From an uncultured Methanosarcinaceae archaeon (GTDB taxonomy: Archaea; Halobacteriota; Methanosarcinia; Methanosarcinales; Methanosarcinaceae): a stretch of DNA of 64,000 nt. The notes beneath the pieces are model-generated. The model was not told the DNA's origin and made no database searches. It saw only the letters and a program-made list of their open reading frames with translations. This document shows positions 1 through 10,921 of the stretch, piece after piece. The stretch is taken from assembly GCA_963721455.1 (NCBI GenBank), contig CAVRJG010000015.1, positions 64,001 through 128,000 of the forward strand, given 5' to 3'. Position 1 is the first letter of the stretch. Every line of letters begins with the position of its first letter. The position numbers and the translations under genes are program-made.

Positions 1-399
1 TCAAAAAAATTTATAAACCTTATTCAGGTCGAAGCTGCCGATAGCACAGGTAATGCAGATAGGGTCGGTTACTCAGGAGATACCGGAGATACTGCTAATA
101 CAGGATCTGCTGAAGATGCAGGCTCAAACGATGGAGATGAAAGTACCGGGATTGTAAGGACTATCTGCAAGGAAAATCTCGGGTCTGTAAAGGACTTTGC
201 TCTATCCTTTGCCGGACCTCTTGCAGAACTGAAACCGTCAATAGAGCATGAGATCCTGAAGGTTGTAAGTATGGTTAAAAATTTCGCAGAGGAATCGGTA
301 CCCATAACTGAAGTAAGAAATATTTCCTGGCTTGCATTATTTTTTGGGATGCTGGGGATATCTTCGGTAATTTCGGTGCTTAAAAGGGGCAGAAAATAA
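1..399 (+). CDS. C-terminal part of a probable membrane-anchored/surface protein (5' end outside window)
   Basis: Frame +1 is open from base 1 to TAA 397-399. It encodes a D/G/T/S-rich linker, then a hydrophobic helix (ISWLALFFGMLGISSVISVL) and a basic tail (KRGRK). Absent from the ORF track; the listed 69..404 minus ORF is its shadow. Confidence 0.7.
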   Translation, partial: SKKFINLIQVEAADSTGNADRVGYSGDTGDTANTGSAEDAGSNDGDESTGIVRTICKENLGSVKDFALSFAGPLAELKPSIEHEILKVVSMVKNFAEESVPITEVRNISWLALFFGMLGISSVISVLKRGRK

Positions 400-524
400 G
401 TCAATAAGCACGAAGAAGACTCATTTTTAAAATGGGAGCAAAAACAGTATTTGATTGGGGTTCCCTATCCCGCTTCTTCTTCAGTTCCTGAATCCTATCC
501 AAGTGATATTCAATAGAGGAGCAT

Positions 525-1028
525 TCAGTAGATACTCACTCCTTTGACCGAGGGCAGGTTCAGAATCTTGTCCACGAGATTTCCAGGTACTTTCTGGTCG
601 GTGATGATGGTGAGTCTGGGATTGTCAGTAAGATAGGGGTCATCTGAGACAGCCTGGCGGATGCTCAAATTGTTTTGGGAGATCAGGCCTGCAACCTCCG
701 CAAGGATGCCCACGTGGGCCGCATCTTCCGGGATAATAATGATTACTCCCAGGCCAAGAGAAGGGGCAACGTCTCTGAGAAAAGGGATGGAATGGACATC
801 TTTAAAAATATTGCTTAGAAGTTCATCTGAGATAATGGTCTTTGTGGTTGCGTCAACCACTCGCCTGTCAACACCTGCTTCTTTTGCAAGCTGGGTATGT
901 GCTATCTCAATGCTTCCGGAAGTGACCTTTCCTTCTTCATTCACCTGAAACCCACGTTCGAAGAGCAACTTGAGCACTTTTGCCTGCGCAGGATATTTTT
1001 CAAATTTTTTGAGTAATGTCTGCCACAT
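525..1028 (-). CDS. trpY: TrpY-like (COG2150) regulator of amino-acid metabolism, HTH + C-terminal ACT domain
   Basis: MW start; LAKEAGVDRRVV HTH; GILAEVAGLISQNNLSIRQA..DP...PRLTIIT...VSIY matches the Methanothermobacter TrpY pattern as I recall it. Confidence 0.75.
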   Translation of the reverse strand: MWQTLLKKFEKYPAQAKVLKLLFERGFQVNEEGKVTSGSIEIAHTQLAKEAGVDRRVVDATTKTIISDELLSNIFKDVHSIPFLRDVAPSLGLGVIIIIPEDAAHVGILAEVAGLISQNNLSIRQAVSDDPYLTDNPRLTIITDQKVPGNLVDKILNLPSVKGVSIY

Positions 1029-1185
1029 ATAAACTTCAGTTTAAGTCGGGTTCCCTGATATATAGTTTCTTATCATGATCCATTGTCAACCGAATAAAAG
1101 TTTTCCTGAATTGCACTTTCGAATATTTTCGGCGTTAACTGTTGCCTGCGTTAATTTGATGTACCTGCAGGACACGAGTCTTTGC

Positions 1186-1992
1186 ATGGAAGATTCCAGC
1201 GCAGGCAATAATCAGATGTCCGGAAAAACAGATTACCAGCTCCTTCTTATTGCCGGCCTCAACAAAGAAATAGAACTGGCCCGCAAGCTTGATCCTGAAA
1301 AGCTCGCAACTGAAATCCGGAAAATCGGTTTCTTCTGCCAGCACTGTGGAAAATGCTGCCGGCGGGCTTTCGGGGACAACAGCGTATTACTAATCCCTTC
1401 CGAGATCGAGAGAATCCGGGGATATACAGGCCTTTCAAAACTTGAGGTTGCAGGGCCATTTGTGCCTGATACCACTATCCCGGATGAACCTGGGGAGGCT
1501 GAAGAAAATAGCCATGAAGATTATTTCAGGGTGCCGGAAGAAAATGAAGAACCATTCTCCCCTGAGTTTCTTAAGCTTCTTCAGGAGGATATCGATTGCG
1601 AGGGCAATATTCATGCCTTTGGGTGGATACTCAGGCGGAAGAGAAATGGAGACTGCGTCTTTCTTGAAAAAGATACAAACAAATGCCGGGCCTATCCAGT
1701 GCGCCCGATGCTCTGCAGCACCTATCCGTTTTATATCGAAGAGCTGAGATTGCAGATATGCGAATGTGAAGGTCTCGGATATCCTATCTCTGCAGAAGAC
1801 AGCCGAAAGCAGGCAGAAAACCTCATTTTCAGGTATATTTCGGAACTTGAGGACATACTTACTATGTATGAAAAATTTGTAAATTTCAGGAGAGGGGAAA
1901 AGGGCCTGGAGCTTGCAAAGAAGAGCCTGGAAAATGGCACATGTACCTATGTAGTTCATGATAGCACGGGAAGTACTATATTTATTGATTGA
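1186..1992 (+). CDS. YkgJ-family cysteine-cluster (CxxCxxCC) protein
   Basis: CQHCGKCC, CVFL...C..Y..RP..C..YPF, and CEGLG motifs. Start uncertain (1075/1186/1216). Confidence 0.85.
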   Translation: MEDSSAGNNQMSGKTDYQLLLIAGLNKEIELARKLDPEKLATEIRKIGFFCQHCGKCCRRAFGDNSVLLIPSEIERIRGYTGLSKLEVAGPFVPDTTIPDEPGEAEENSHEDYFRVPEENEEPFSPEFLKLLQEDIDCEGNIHAFGWILRRKRNGDCVFLEKDTNKCRAYPVRPMLCSTYPFYIEELRLQICECEGLGYPISAEDSRKQAENLIFRYISELEDILTMYEKFVNFRRGEKGLELAKKSLENGTCTYVVHDSTGSTIFID

Positions 1993-2146
1993 CAGCACAA
2001 AACCAACAAAGCCGTATACTTATCGACCATACTATCTCAATTTTTAAACCCATCTGTCGTTTCATACGCCTGAAAGATTTTTTTTGTCTTTTTCTGCTCT
2101 GTGCCATCAATTAAATTTATTTATTAGAAAGAGCCAGTTATTCCCC

Positions 2147-3442
2147 ATGACCGGGATGTCTGGTAATGAAAATCGTCCGATGACCGTTTCGGAAAAAATC
2201 TTTTCGAAGGCCTCTGGAAATCCCGTAACAGCCGGGGATTTCGTGCTGGCAAATATAGACCTGGCAATGACACACGACATTACGGGTCCGCTGGCAGTCA
2301 AAGGCTTTTACGAGATAATGAAAGATAAAGAAGAAAAAAAAGTATGGGACCCAAAGAAAATAGTGATGGTATTCGACCACCAGGTTCCTGCGGATTCTAT
2401 TAATGCCACAGCAAACCATATTATGCTCAGAAAATTTGCTGAGGAACAGGGCATTTTAAATTATGATGTGTATGAGGGCGTCTGCCATCAGGTTCTTCCC
2501 GAGAAAGGGCATGTGCTGCCAGGTGACCTTATAGTTGGCTCGGACTCGCATACCTGTGCATATGGGGCTCTAGGTGCATTTTCTACCGGTGTAGGGTCTA
2601 CTGACATGGCGGCTGTTTTTGCCACGGGCAAACTCTGGTTCAGAGTACCCGAGACTTTGCGCTTTGAAGTGGAAGGCAACCTTCCAAGGCGTGTTTACTC
2701 AAAAGACCTTATCCTCCACCTGATCGGTGACGTCGGGGTAGAGGGGGCAAGGTATATGGCAGCCGAGTTTGCAGGTTCAACAATCCGTTCTCTTTCGATT
2801 CCCGAACGCATGACCATATCCAACATGGCAATCGAGATGGGTGGAAAGGCAGGAATTATCGAAGCCGATGAGGTGACTGCAGATTATCTCAAAGAGCGGA
2901 TTCTGTACTATGAGTTTGATCCATACTGGAAATCCGATGAGGGCGCGGAATATTCTGATGTCCGCTATTACGATGTCTCTGATCTGGAACCTCAGGTGGC
3001 CTGTCCCCACAATGTGGATAACGTAAAGCCTGTAACCGAAGTAGAGGGCACGAAAATCGATCAGATCTTTATGGGTTCCTGCACAAACGGCAGGTTCGAA
3101 GACATTAAGATCATGGCAGACATCATGGGTGACGAACCTGTGGCAAAGGGTGTACGCCTCCTTGTTGTCCCCGCTTCAAGAACCGAATACATGAAACTGT
3201 TGAGAGCCGGGTATATAGAAAAACTTATGAGTGCAGGCGCAATTGTGGAATCTCCCTGCTGCGGGCCCTGTATGGGCGGCTCTTTCGGCCTGCTTGGTGC
3301 AGGAGAAGTGGGTCTTGCAACCTCCAACCGCAATTTCAAAGGCAGAGAAGGAAGTGCCGAATCCTTTGTGTATCTCTCTTCCCCCGCAACTGCAGGAGCA
3401 TCAGCCCTTACCGGAGAAATTACTGATCCGAGGAAGGTTTGA
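2147..3442 (+). CDS. leuC: 3-isopropylmalate/citramalate dehydratase or homoaconitase large subunit (aconitase family)
   Basis: DHQVP, GSDSHT, GSCTNGR, CGPCMG and TSNRNFKGR motifs. Start is probably 2147-2180; LeuC versus HacA specificity is not resolved. Confidence 0.85.
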   Translation: MTGMSGNENRPMTVSEKIFSKASGNPVTAGDFVLANIDLAMTHDITGPLAVKGFYEIMKDKEEKKVWDPKKIVMVFDHQVPADSINATANHIMLRKFAEEQGILNYDVYEGVCHQVLPEKGHVLPGDLIVGSDSHTCAYGALGAFSTGVGSTDMAAVFATGKLWFRVPETLRFEVEGNLPRRVYSKDLILHLIGDVGVEGARYMAAEFAGSTIRSLSIPERMTISNMAIEMGGKAGIIEADEVTADYLKERILYYEFDPYWKSDEGAEYSDVRYYDVSDLEPQVACPHNVDNVKPVTEVEGTKIDQIFMGSCTNGRFEDIKIMADIMGDEPVAKGVRLLVVPASRTEYMKLLRAGYIEKLMSAGAIVESPCCGPCMGGSFGLLGAGEVGLATSNRNFKGREGSAESFVYLSSPATAGASALTGEITDPRKV

Positions 3443-3502
3443 AAATCTCCCGCTTTTACTTTTTTGAATATTTCTCTGTATATTACATAAACAGGTGCTA
3501 GA

Positions 3503-3817
3503 ATGCAGGATGCTGATTTATCAATTTTGAACAGGGTATACGAAATTATCCTGGACCGGAAACAGAACTATGACGAGCGTTCATATGTCTGCAAGCTTTT
3601 GAACCATCGCAAAGGTATGAATAAGATTCTTGAAAAAGTAGGGGAGGAATCAATAGAAACAATTCTTGCAGTCAGGAATGAAGACCATAAAGAGATCGTT
3701 TCGGAAAGTTCGGACCTTATCTTCCATCTTCTGGTACTGCTTGCGGCGAATGACATCACCCTTGATGAAATCGCAGCCGAACTCAGTTCCAGGCATGAAA
3801 GCATGAAAAGGGATTGA
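3503..3817 (+). CDS. hisE: phosphoribosyl-ATP pyrophosphatase
   Basis: [26 protein letters not shown] motifs. Confidence 0.95.
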   Translation: MQDADLSILNRVYEIILDRKQNYDERSYVCKLLNHRKGMNKILEKVGEESIETILAVRNEDHKEIVSESSDLIFHLLVLLAANDITLDEIAAELSSRHESMKRD

Positions 3818-3951
3818 AGGCCTGAAAGTTTTTCTACATCCTAGTTTGAAAATGCAGACAACCCGATATTTTGAGAATATTGATATTTTTTCCGGCTGCT
3901 TCGGCGGGATTTTTTCCTGCTTTTTAAAGAGGCCGTGAGAAATATTAATTT

Positions 3952-4827
3952 TCAGTACACTGCCAGTTCGTTCAGGACATCGGTTTTTGATAGGGTCCCT
4001 TTGGGTACGCCATTGATTGTTACGATAAGCCTTCCTACATTATATTTATGGAAGAGTTTTACTACATCATAGAGTTGCATGTCCCCATCAACCGTGATGA
4101 GTTCTTTTGTCATAATGTCTTTAACTTTTACGTTCGGTTTTCCCTGGGCAATGGCGTGGGCGATGTCCGTATAGGTAACGATCCCTACAATTTTCCCCTT
4201 GTCCTCCACGGGGGTTCCGTGAGTGTTATTCCGGATAAAAAGCCTCGTTGCTTCCTGAATACTCGCGTTCAGGTTCACAAGCAAAGGAGGATACTTCATG
4301 TAGTGTTTAACATGCTTTTTAGGAAGAGAAATCATTTCCGTAATATTGAAAAGAATAGAGTTGTTAGTATCGTCCCTTCCTGTGACCTCTCCGCGGATTA
4401 TCAGGCGGTTTACAGGCGTAGGACCCACCTGAAGCTTATCGTCCATCACAAAATCTTTTGTGTTTCCTATTACACGGATGACTCCGTTACAGGCGTCAGG
4501 ATTCCTGACGGTCGTAAAACTAATTTCGGCAGCTGTAGCCCCGTTAACCATCACATTGTTTCTGTAGAGAGGAACCACCGATTCATTTTTCAGCTGCTGG
4601 ATCCGTAAAGAATCGTACGCTGCTCCTGTAGGTTTGTACCCTCCTTTTGGCCCGGGTACCCCTTCCACAAGCCCCAGAGCCTTTAATAACTGCATCTGGT
4701 TGCGGACAGTCCCAGGATTGCGCTGGATGACCTCGGCTATTTCTTCCCCCTTGATTGCCCGGTCCTTTTGCCGCTGAAGGTTGATTAATGAATTAATAAT
4801 ATCTTTTTGAATCGAAGTGAGTTCCAT
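3952..4827 (-). CDS. HrcA-like HTH + tandem CBS domain transcriptional regulator (COG2524 type)
   Basis: MELTSIQ..I, IKGEEIA...RNPGTVRNQMQ.LKALGLVEGVPGPKGGY, and a C-terminal CBS pair. ATG 4827 follows GGTGG. Confidence 0.9.
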   Translation of the reverse strand: MELTSIQKDIINSLINLQRQKDRAIKGEEIAEVIQRNPGTVRNQMQLLKALGLVEGVPGPKGGYKPTGAAYDSLRIQQLKNESVVPLYRNNVMVNGATAAEISFTTVRNPDACNGVIRVIGNTKDFVMDDKLQVGPTPVNRLIIRGEVTGRDDTNNSILFNITEMISLPKKHVKHYMKYPPLLVNLNASIQEATRLFIRNNTHGTPVEDKGKIVGIVTYTDIAHAIAQGKPNVKVKDIMTKELITVDGDMQLYDVVKLFHKYNVGRLIVTINGVPKGTLSKTDVLNELAVY

Positions 4828-5187
4828 ATTACCACCATTAATTTCATATACCTTTATAAGGATGATGTATAACAACTGTACATCGAGAATGTATGTTATC
4901 GTATGTATTTACCATAATTAATGATTATAAATTCATATTACAAATTACTATTACAAATATAAAAAGAGTCCGGTTATGCTTTGAATATCCAGCTGGTTTT
5001 ATGCCTTATATTGAAGTTTATTACCAGGATTTGTAATTACAGATCCAAAGCCAAGCAATAAATTTCCTTTCAGGAAAATCGCCTTCAGAAATCTCTGCCA
5101 AACTTTTGCTTGTGTATTTGTTTTGTTAAAACTCTTCATTCATAAAAATCTTTATATAACTTAACAGAGCCCCCAGAGGGTTAGAAT

Positions 5188-6192
5188 ATGATGATATTTG
5201 AGAAAATCCATACAGTTCCCACTTCCGATGAATTAATCAATAAATCTTTCAAGCGGGCAGCGAGAGCGATGTCCGGGAAAACTATCGAAGACAGGGAAAG
5301 CCGGTTCAAGGCCAATGAATCCATGCTACTGACAGCCGCAAACATCTTTACAGATAATCTTGCAAATATAGTCAGGAGGTTCCCGAGTTTTGATCAATTG
5401 CCCAGGTTCTATTATGAGCTTACGGATATCCTTGTAGGCGTGGAAAAACTTAAGATGTCCCTGGCATCCGTAGACTGGGCAAGCAAGAAAATACATGAGG
5501 TTGCAAGGAGCTACGTCGGAAAGATCCGGGAGTCGGATATCCCCGAACCTGTCAGAAAAGAGGCTTTCGGCAGGATTGCATCCATTATCAAGTCCATAAA
5601 CAAGGATCTTCTATTCCTCAACAAAGCCAGAAACGTCTTGAGGAAACTTCCGGATGTCCAGGACGAGCCCACGATTGTGATTGCTGGTTATCCTAATGTT
5701 GGAAAGTCAAGTTTTGTCTCGAAAATTACAGGCGCAAGCCCGGAAATAGCCCCCTATCCCTTCACAACAAAAGGAGTAACAATCGGGCATTTCACCCGGA
5801 ATGGAGTGCGCTACCAGGTTATGGATACTCCCGGGCTACTTGACCGCCCCATGTCCGAGAGAAACTATATCGAGCGGCAGGCAATCACTGCGATCCATTT
5901 CCTTGACGCGGTCGTGATGTTCATTATTGACCCCAGTGAGAGCTGCGGGTACGAGATTGAAGACCAGAAACACCTGCTTGCGGAGATCAGGGAAAACTTC
6001 GAACTTCCTCTGCTTCTGGTCGCAAACAAGGCTGATAGGCCTGAATTCCAGAAAATGGATGAAGTAGAACTGAACATTTCCACGATTACCGGGGAAGGGA
6101 TCGATGAGGTAATGGACAGACTTCTGGAGATGATTGAAGAAAAGCGCCTTCTCTCTCCTTCCGAAGAGCCAAATGAAGAGTCCAGTATCTGA
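5188..6192 (+). CDS. NOG1-family GTP-binding protein
   Basis: GYPNVGKSS, YPFTTK, DTPGLLDRP and NKAD motifs. Confidence 0.92.
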   Translation: MMIFEKIHTVPTSDELINKSFKRAARAMSGKTIEDRESRFKANESMLLTAANIFTDNLANIVRRFPSFDQLPRFYYELTDILVGVEKLKMSLASVDWASKKIHEVARSYVGKIRESDIPEPVRKEAFGRIASIIKSINKDLLFLNKARNVLRKLPDVQDEPTIVIAGYPNVGKSSFVSKITGASPEIAPYPFTTKGVTIGHFTRNGVRYQVMDTPGLLDRPMSERNYIERQAITAIHFLDAVVMFIIDPSESCGYEIEDQKHLLAEIRENFELPLLLVANKADRPEFQKMDEVELNISTITGEGIDEVMDRLLEMIEEKRLLSPSEEPNEESSI

Positions 6193-6279
6193 TTTCTGAT
6201 TATCTAATTCTGGAGTATATTAATAAGCTTATTAGAATGAATCACCTAATTTTTTTCGCTAATTTAAACGAAGAGGTGA

Positions 6280-6344
6280 ACCGCCGTAGGCACGGAAAAC
6301 ACAGAAGAAATGGGACAACAGCACAATTTTTCCGTGCTGGCGGT
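6280..6344. repeat. intergenic bulged inverted repeat (hairpin/MITE-like)
   Basis: ACCGCC-GTAG-GCACGGAAAA ... TTTTCCGTGC-T-GGCGGT, between convergent genes. Confidence 0.55.
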
Positions 6345-6487
6345 GTATTCCTTGATTATAGCGTTTGGATGGAATTCTCCGCGCCAGCCAGTTTTTTCTT
6401 TTGTTACCGAGCCCTGAGTACAATTAGGTGTAATTAAGTCAAAAACTGTAATTTAAGATTTTTCATTGAGCTTTTTAGTATTCCTGT

Positions 6488-7426
6488 TCAGATTACTCCA
6501 AGCTGCATCAGCAGGGCCAGGGATATAAGTATAAACCCTGTTGTCAGCCTTATTTCCACTCTCCATTTTTCCCTGAACTCAGTGACTTTTTTGGGGCTAA
6601 GTCCGAAGGCGAGCAAGAGCCCAAGACCTATTACAGGGAGTAGAAGCCCGAGGTTGTAAAGCCCCATATATGCCGTTCCCCTGACAATATCGGTTTTTGT
6701 TGCCAGGATGCTCAGGAGTGAGAGGTAGATCGCTCCCACGCAGGGAGCTTTGACCAGGGAAAACATACTCCCTGAAAGGAAGGACAGCAACAGAAGATTG
6801 TTTTTGTCCATTTTTCCCATAAAGTTTTTCAGGGGTTCTGGAGTCCTGAAGGTTGATTTCGAATGCTTTTTCAGCCAATATGCATCAAAAATATGCCAGA
6901 AGCCGAGCAGGGCAATGAGCAGGATTGAAATTTCTATAAAGCTTCCCTGGATTTCAGGCAGGAAATTGACAATGCTGAGGATACTCATTCCTGCAAGCAT
7001 ATACATGGTAAAGATTCCTGCCGAAAAACCGAGCGTAATTTTGAGCATTTCCTTTCTTCTTCCGTGCTGCGCAAGGGTGAGTGAAGCGAGAAAAGCCATT
7101 ACCGCAAGCAGGCAGGGATTGAAACCTGCAAGAATACCTGCCGCCAGGAGTAAGAAGGGGCTAATTTTCTCAAGGTGCTTATTTTTCCCTTCTCTGCTTC
7201 CTGTCAGGGGAAGTGAAAGTTCCTGCGCAAAAAGAAAAGGGGGGATCTGGATGGTTTCTTTCAGAAAAACCCCGGCTGAGTTTTTATATCCTCCATATAA
7301 GCAGCCTGTCAATTTGCTTTCAGCTGAGACGACAGAACCGGAAGCAGGACTCAGCAACACGAATATACATACCAGTACGAAGATTCCTTTATTTACAAAC
7401 AGTGGACGCGTGCATCGCTTTTTCAT
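6488..7426 (-). CDS. CcdA/DsbD-like cytochrome c biogenesis membrane protein
   Basis: Multiple TM helices with the GFNPCLL and KAPCVGAIY Cys motifs. Confidence 0.8.
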   Translation of the reverse strand: MKKRCTRPLFVNKGIFVLVCIFVLLSPASGSVVSAESKLTGCLYGGYKNSAGVFLKETIQIPPFLFAQELSLPLTGSREGKNKHLEKISPFLLLAAGILAGFNPCLLAVMAFLASLTLAQHGRRKEMLKITLGFSAGIFTMYMLAGMSILSIVNFLPEIQGSFIEISILLIALLGFWHIFDAYWLKKHSKSTFRTPEPLKNFMGKMDKNNLLLLSFLSGSMFSLVKAPCVGAIYLSLLSILATKTDIVRGTAYMGLYNLGLLLPVIGLGLLLAFGLSPKKVTEFREKWRVEIRLTTGFILISLALLMQLGVI

Positions 7427-8052
7427 ATGCCTTTTCCGAAGCTATTTTTCCGCAGATATTCAAAATTTCCCGGGTCAACGGGCGCATTGTTTTTGAGGAG
7501 GTGCAGACTTTTTACCCACACATGCCCAGTTTATTCCTTATGACCGGAAAAGTGCCTTTACTCAATCAAGTTTTTCTCTTCCTAAATTGAAAAATTACGT
7601 ATTGATAGCAATTATCTCTTTTGATTCTGTTAATTAATATTATACTTTTGGTATTAATTTATGTATCTGTATCAATTCGTTTATCTGCACGTAGGTTTTA
7701 TGAAGGCTTACCTGAAAGCTGGTCAAAAAACAAATAGTGACCTGAATATTTTTATGAGGTCTGGTAGTTTGATAAACTTCCAACTAAATCGGCTGAGATG
7801 TCAGTGTAGAGAGGTAAAGTCTAGAATGAAATAATCTTTTTCTCGGTAAGTACTGGCGGCAGCTGCGTTCCTACATAGGTTTTCTGTCCTAAGTCTCTAA
7901 CAATCAAAGATCAGGAAAAATTACTAACTTGTAATGAGTAATAAAGCAGTCGGTTTGAAGTTCTGGTCTGTATACACATAAAACTTTAGACTAAAGTAGT
8001 TTGAAGGTGTTAAATAAATCACTCAAAGTAAATTTGAACTCCATGTGTCTGA

Positions 8053-8238
8053 TCACGAAGTCACTATAAAAATTTTTGATTCGAATAATAACGCTATATT
8101 CAAAGAGTCATATTTTCTAATTCCATAAGAGAAGATAACATCCACTGATATTTCTTCAAAATTAGGGACATATATAACCTCAGCTTTAATTGTTGGCAGG
8201 AAAATGCGCAAATAACAGAGCGTAATCAAAAACAACAA
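8053..8238 (-). pseudogene. possible PIN/VapC-like gene remnant
   Basis: YGIRKYDSLNIALLFESKIFIVTS resembles the PIN C-terminal pattern (YDxLxxAL..E...LVTxD). It is short, lacks a good start and lies in a low-GC intergenic region. Confidence 0.3.
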
Positions 8239-8373
8239 GTGTCCAATACTTCTTTTTATATAATTCAGATTAAAGGAAAAAGATAGGGAAAGGAAAAAGA
8301 AAAACAGTGAAAAAATGTTCCCTTTACAGGGATCTCTAAATATTCTTTCAGAGCATTTTTTCAGAATACTTTT

Positions 8374-9486
8374 TCAGAGTACTTTTTCCATGATGCTCAG
8401 GGCTTTTTCAATATCTTTCATTGAAGCTGCATAGGAAATTCTTATGTAGCCGTCACCCTTGCTTCCGAAGGCTGTGCCTGGCACGACAATAACGCCGTTT
8501 GAGATCAATTTGGAGGCAACCTCTGCGGAATCCGATACTTTCGGGAAGGCATAAAAAGCTCCTTTAGGAAGAGCGCATTCCATCCCGAGTTCGTTCAGCC
8601 CTTTTACAAGCACATCCCTGCGTTTCCTGAACTCTTCCCGCATGGCATTGACCGAATCTTTAGGCCCTGTCACTGCGGCATAAGCGGCTTTCTGAGCGAT
8701 TGAATTAGCGCAGGCCTGGATGTACTGGTGCACCTTGAGCATCTGGCCGGTATACTCTTTTCGGGCTGCCACATACCCCAGCCTCCAGCCAGTCATAGCA
8801 TAGCTCTTCGAGGTAGCATTTACAGTAATCACGTTGTCAGAGTAGCTGGCAGGGCTTACATGCTCTCCTTCGTAGATGAAGTATTCATAGACCTCGTCTG
8901 AAAGGATGGTTATGTTGTGGTCGTCTGCAATCTCGGCAAGGGCTTTGATATCTGCCCTGCTTGAGACTGCGCCTGTGGGGTTTGAAGGGGAATTGAGGAT
9001 GATGGCTCTGGTCTTCGGGGTAATTTTCTCAAGCACGGCCTCAGGCTTCATAGTAAGGTCTTCTGCGAGGGGGACACTTACTGCTTTGCCATTCAGGATC
9101 TCGGTAAGTGCATTATAGGAAACAAAACCGGGGTTTGAGATAAGAACTTCATCTCCAGGGTTGAGGAGGGCTGCAAGGGCAATGGTAAGAGCTTCAGACG
9201 CTCCGGAGGTGACAATTATTTCCTGCGGGGAAACCGAAAACCCGTTTTCCTCCTTGAACTTGGAACTCAGGGCTTCTCTTAACTCCGGAATTCCCGAGCC
9301 TACCGTATAACCCGTAAAGCCTTCGTTTATGGCTTTTATTGCCGCTGCCTTGATATGCTCCGGGGTATCAAAATCCGGCTGCCCGAGCCCAAGGTTAATT
9401 GCGTCCGAGCCTGCGGCTTCGAAAATCTTCCTGATCCCGGATGTGTCTATTCTGGCTACGTTCTCTGAAAACTTTATTTCCTTCAA
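8374..9486 (-). CDS. class I/II PLP-dependent (aspartate) aminotransferase
   Basis: LGQPDF, NSPSNPTG, SDEVY, SKSYAMTGWRLG motifs. Confidence 0.93.
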   Translation of the reverse strand: MKEIKFSENVARIDTSGIRKIFEAAGSDAINLGLGQPDFDTPEHIKAAAIKAINEGFTGYTVGSGIPELREALSSKFKEENGFSVSPQEIIVTSGASEALTIALAALLNPGDEVLISNPGFVSYNALTEILNGKAVSVPLAEDLTMKPEAVLEKITPKTRAIILNSPSNPTGAVSSRADIKALAEIADDHNITILSDEVYEYFIYEGEHVSPASYSDNVITVNATSKSYAMTGWRLGYVAARKEYTGQMLKVHQYIQACANSIAQKAAYAAVTGPKDSVNAMREEFRKRRDVLVKGLNELGMECALPKGAFYAFPKVSDSAEVASKLISNGVIVVPGTAFGSKGDGYIRISYAASMKDIEKALSIMEKVL

Positions 9487-9561
9487 ATTGAGCCCTCCTG
9501 TATCCCTGCAAATTAACCGTTTTTAAAATATACCCACTGCTTTCTGGCGATTTTCAGGCTT

Positions 9562-10176
9562 TCATTCGATGTTCGTGTGCCTTGATTTAAGTTCGGCTTC
9601 AGACGCGCCTGTAAGCATAATAAGTTGAGCGATTATCGAATCAAGGAAAATAAGCGAGGTAATTTCAAAAGATGTGCCCAGAGGAGGCAGGTTTTTGTAA
9701 TCTCCCCGCATATTTCTTTCAAGGTAGCCGCCTGCGTCAAGGTCGTTTTTAGTCTTGCTCGGAAGGATCATAGCAATATCCGAGGTTCTACCGAGTGTGG
9801 ATTCTTTTTTAGAGGTAACCGTTATGAGGGTTGAGCCAATATCTTTTACTATTTTTCCAAGGTCAGCTATAGAACGGGTTTCCCCTGACCCTGAAATGGC
9901 AATCACCACATCCTGCGGCTGGACAGCAGGGGTTGTGGTTTCGCCGACCACATACGCGCTGAATCCAAGGTGCATAAGCCGCATTGCAAAGGCTTTGGCA
10001 ACAAGCCCTGACCTTCCAGCTCCCATCACAAAGACGCTTTCGCCTTCCAGGATTTTCTGGACCATAGCCTTTATGGCTTCTCTGTCAAGTTTGCCAATTA
10101 CCTCATTGAGGTTTTCTACGATCAGTCTCATTGAGATTATTACATCTTCGCAGTCGTTTACCTGAGTTTTATTCAT
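9562..10176 (-). CDS. hxlB: 6-phospho-3-hexuloisomerase (SIS domain)
   Basis: GAGRSGLV..AFAMRLMHLG, ISGSGET, PLGTSFE, RHTNIE motifs. Confidence 0.93.
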   Translation of the reverse strand: MNKTQVNDCEDVIISMRLIVENLNEVIGKLDREAIKAMVQKILEGESVFVMGAGRSGLVAKAFAMRLMHLGFSAYVVGETTTPAVQPQDVVIAISGSGETRSIADLGKIVKDIGSTLITVTSKKESTLGRTSDIAMILPSKTKNDLDAGGYLERNMRGDYKNLPPLGTSFEITSLIFLDSIIAQLIMLTGASEAELKSRHTNIE

Positions 10177-10394
10177 ATGAGTTCTCCAAAAAACATTGGG
10201 TAAAATACTTGATTCCTTATAAATAATAAATTGATTAGTGCCTTATCTACTTGTCTACATCAGTAATTGGAAATAACTTTTGAAACTCCTTCCCGATACC
10301 CTTCTTCACTTACCTATAAATATATTATGGGGATTTCAGGACAAATTCCTGGAAGCTTTCTTCGTATCCTACCGTAATCGGCAGCCTAAGTTTT

Positions 10395-10916
10395 TTATCG
10401 GCTTGTTTGCGGTTCAGTTTTATAATTAATAGCTTTGAGTTCCCAGTTTTCAATATTATTTTTGAACTCATGATAGAGTCTCTGGATATCACAGTCACTC
10501 CCATTCCAGTAAAAGTCCTTACGCGCTTCTCCCTTTCGGAGCTCTTCAAGTATGAACTTTGACAGATGGAAAAGGGCTTTTTTATTGGAAAAAGGAATAC
10601 TATAGTTTACGCGATAACCGCCGGCTGTTTTTCCATAGGACACCAGTGTGTACCCTTTACTCTCATACTCCGTGATCTCATCAAAGTTGCAGATTATCTC
10701 AAACTCATGGACCGTAGACTGGTCCACTTTTGAAATTCCTATGAGTACCTGCGCTATAATGTAATCAGGAACCTTCCGTCCAAACCATACGGCAATTTTC
10801 CCGTAGGTACAAATTACGTTGACGTCATTCCTGCCCATCTCAAAGGAGCCTAGGGACTGCGGAGGGGATATTTTAGCTTCCAGGTCTTGGGTCTTCTGGG
10901 CACACATTGCTTCCAC
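10395..10916 (-). CDS. hypothetical protein, third gene of the arvA-arvB cassette
   Basis: 173-aa ORF starting 5 nt after the arvB stop. No family recognised and no CxxC pairs. Confidence 0.7.
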   Translation of the reverse strand: MEAMCAQKTQDLEAKISPPQSLGSFEMGRNDVNVICTYGKIAVWFGRKVPDYIIAQVLIGISKVDQSTVHEFEIICNFDEITEYESKGYTLVSYGKTAGGYRVNYSIPFSNKKALFHLSKFILEELRKGEARKDFYWNGSDCDIQRLYHEFKNNIENWELKAINYKTEPQTSR

Positions 10917-10921
10917 TTCGT

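Noticed and set aside
69-404. 111-aa minus-strand ORF
   Set aside because: Shadow of the plus-strand frame 1-399, which has a more protein-like TM anchor and basic tail.
4877-4882. TGTACA upstream of the CBS-HTH regulator as a second TRP box
   Set aside because: A single hexamer is expected by chance, and there is no functional link to tryptophan.
6750-7496. 248-aa plus-strand ORF and other long antisense ORFs (13823..14464, 25641..26342, 35116..35886)
   Set aside because: They lie opposite well-supported genes and have no motifs; they are codon-bias shadows.
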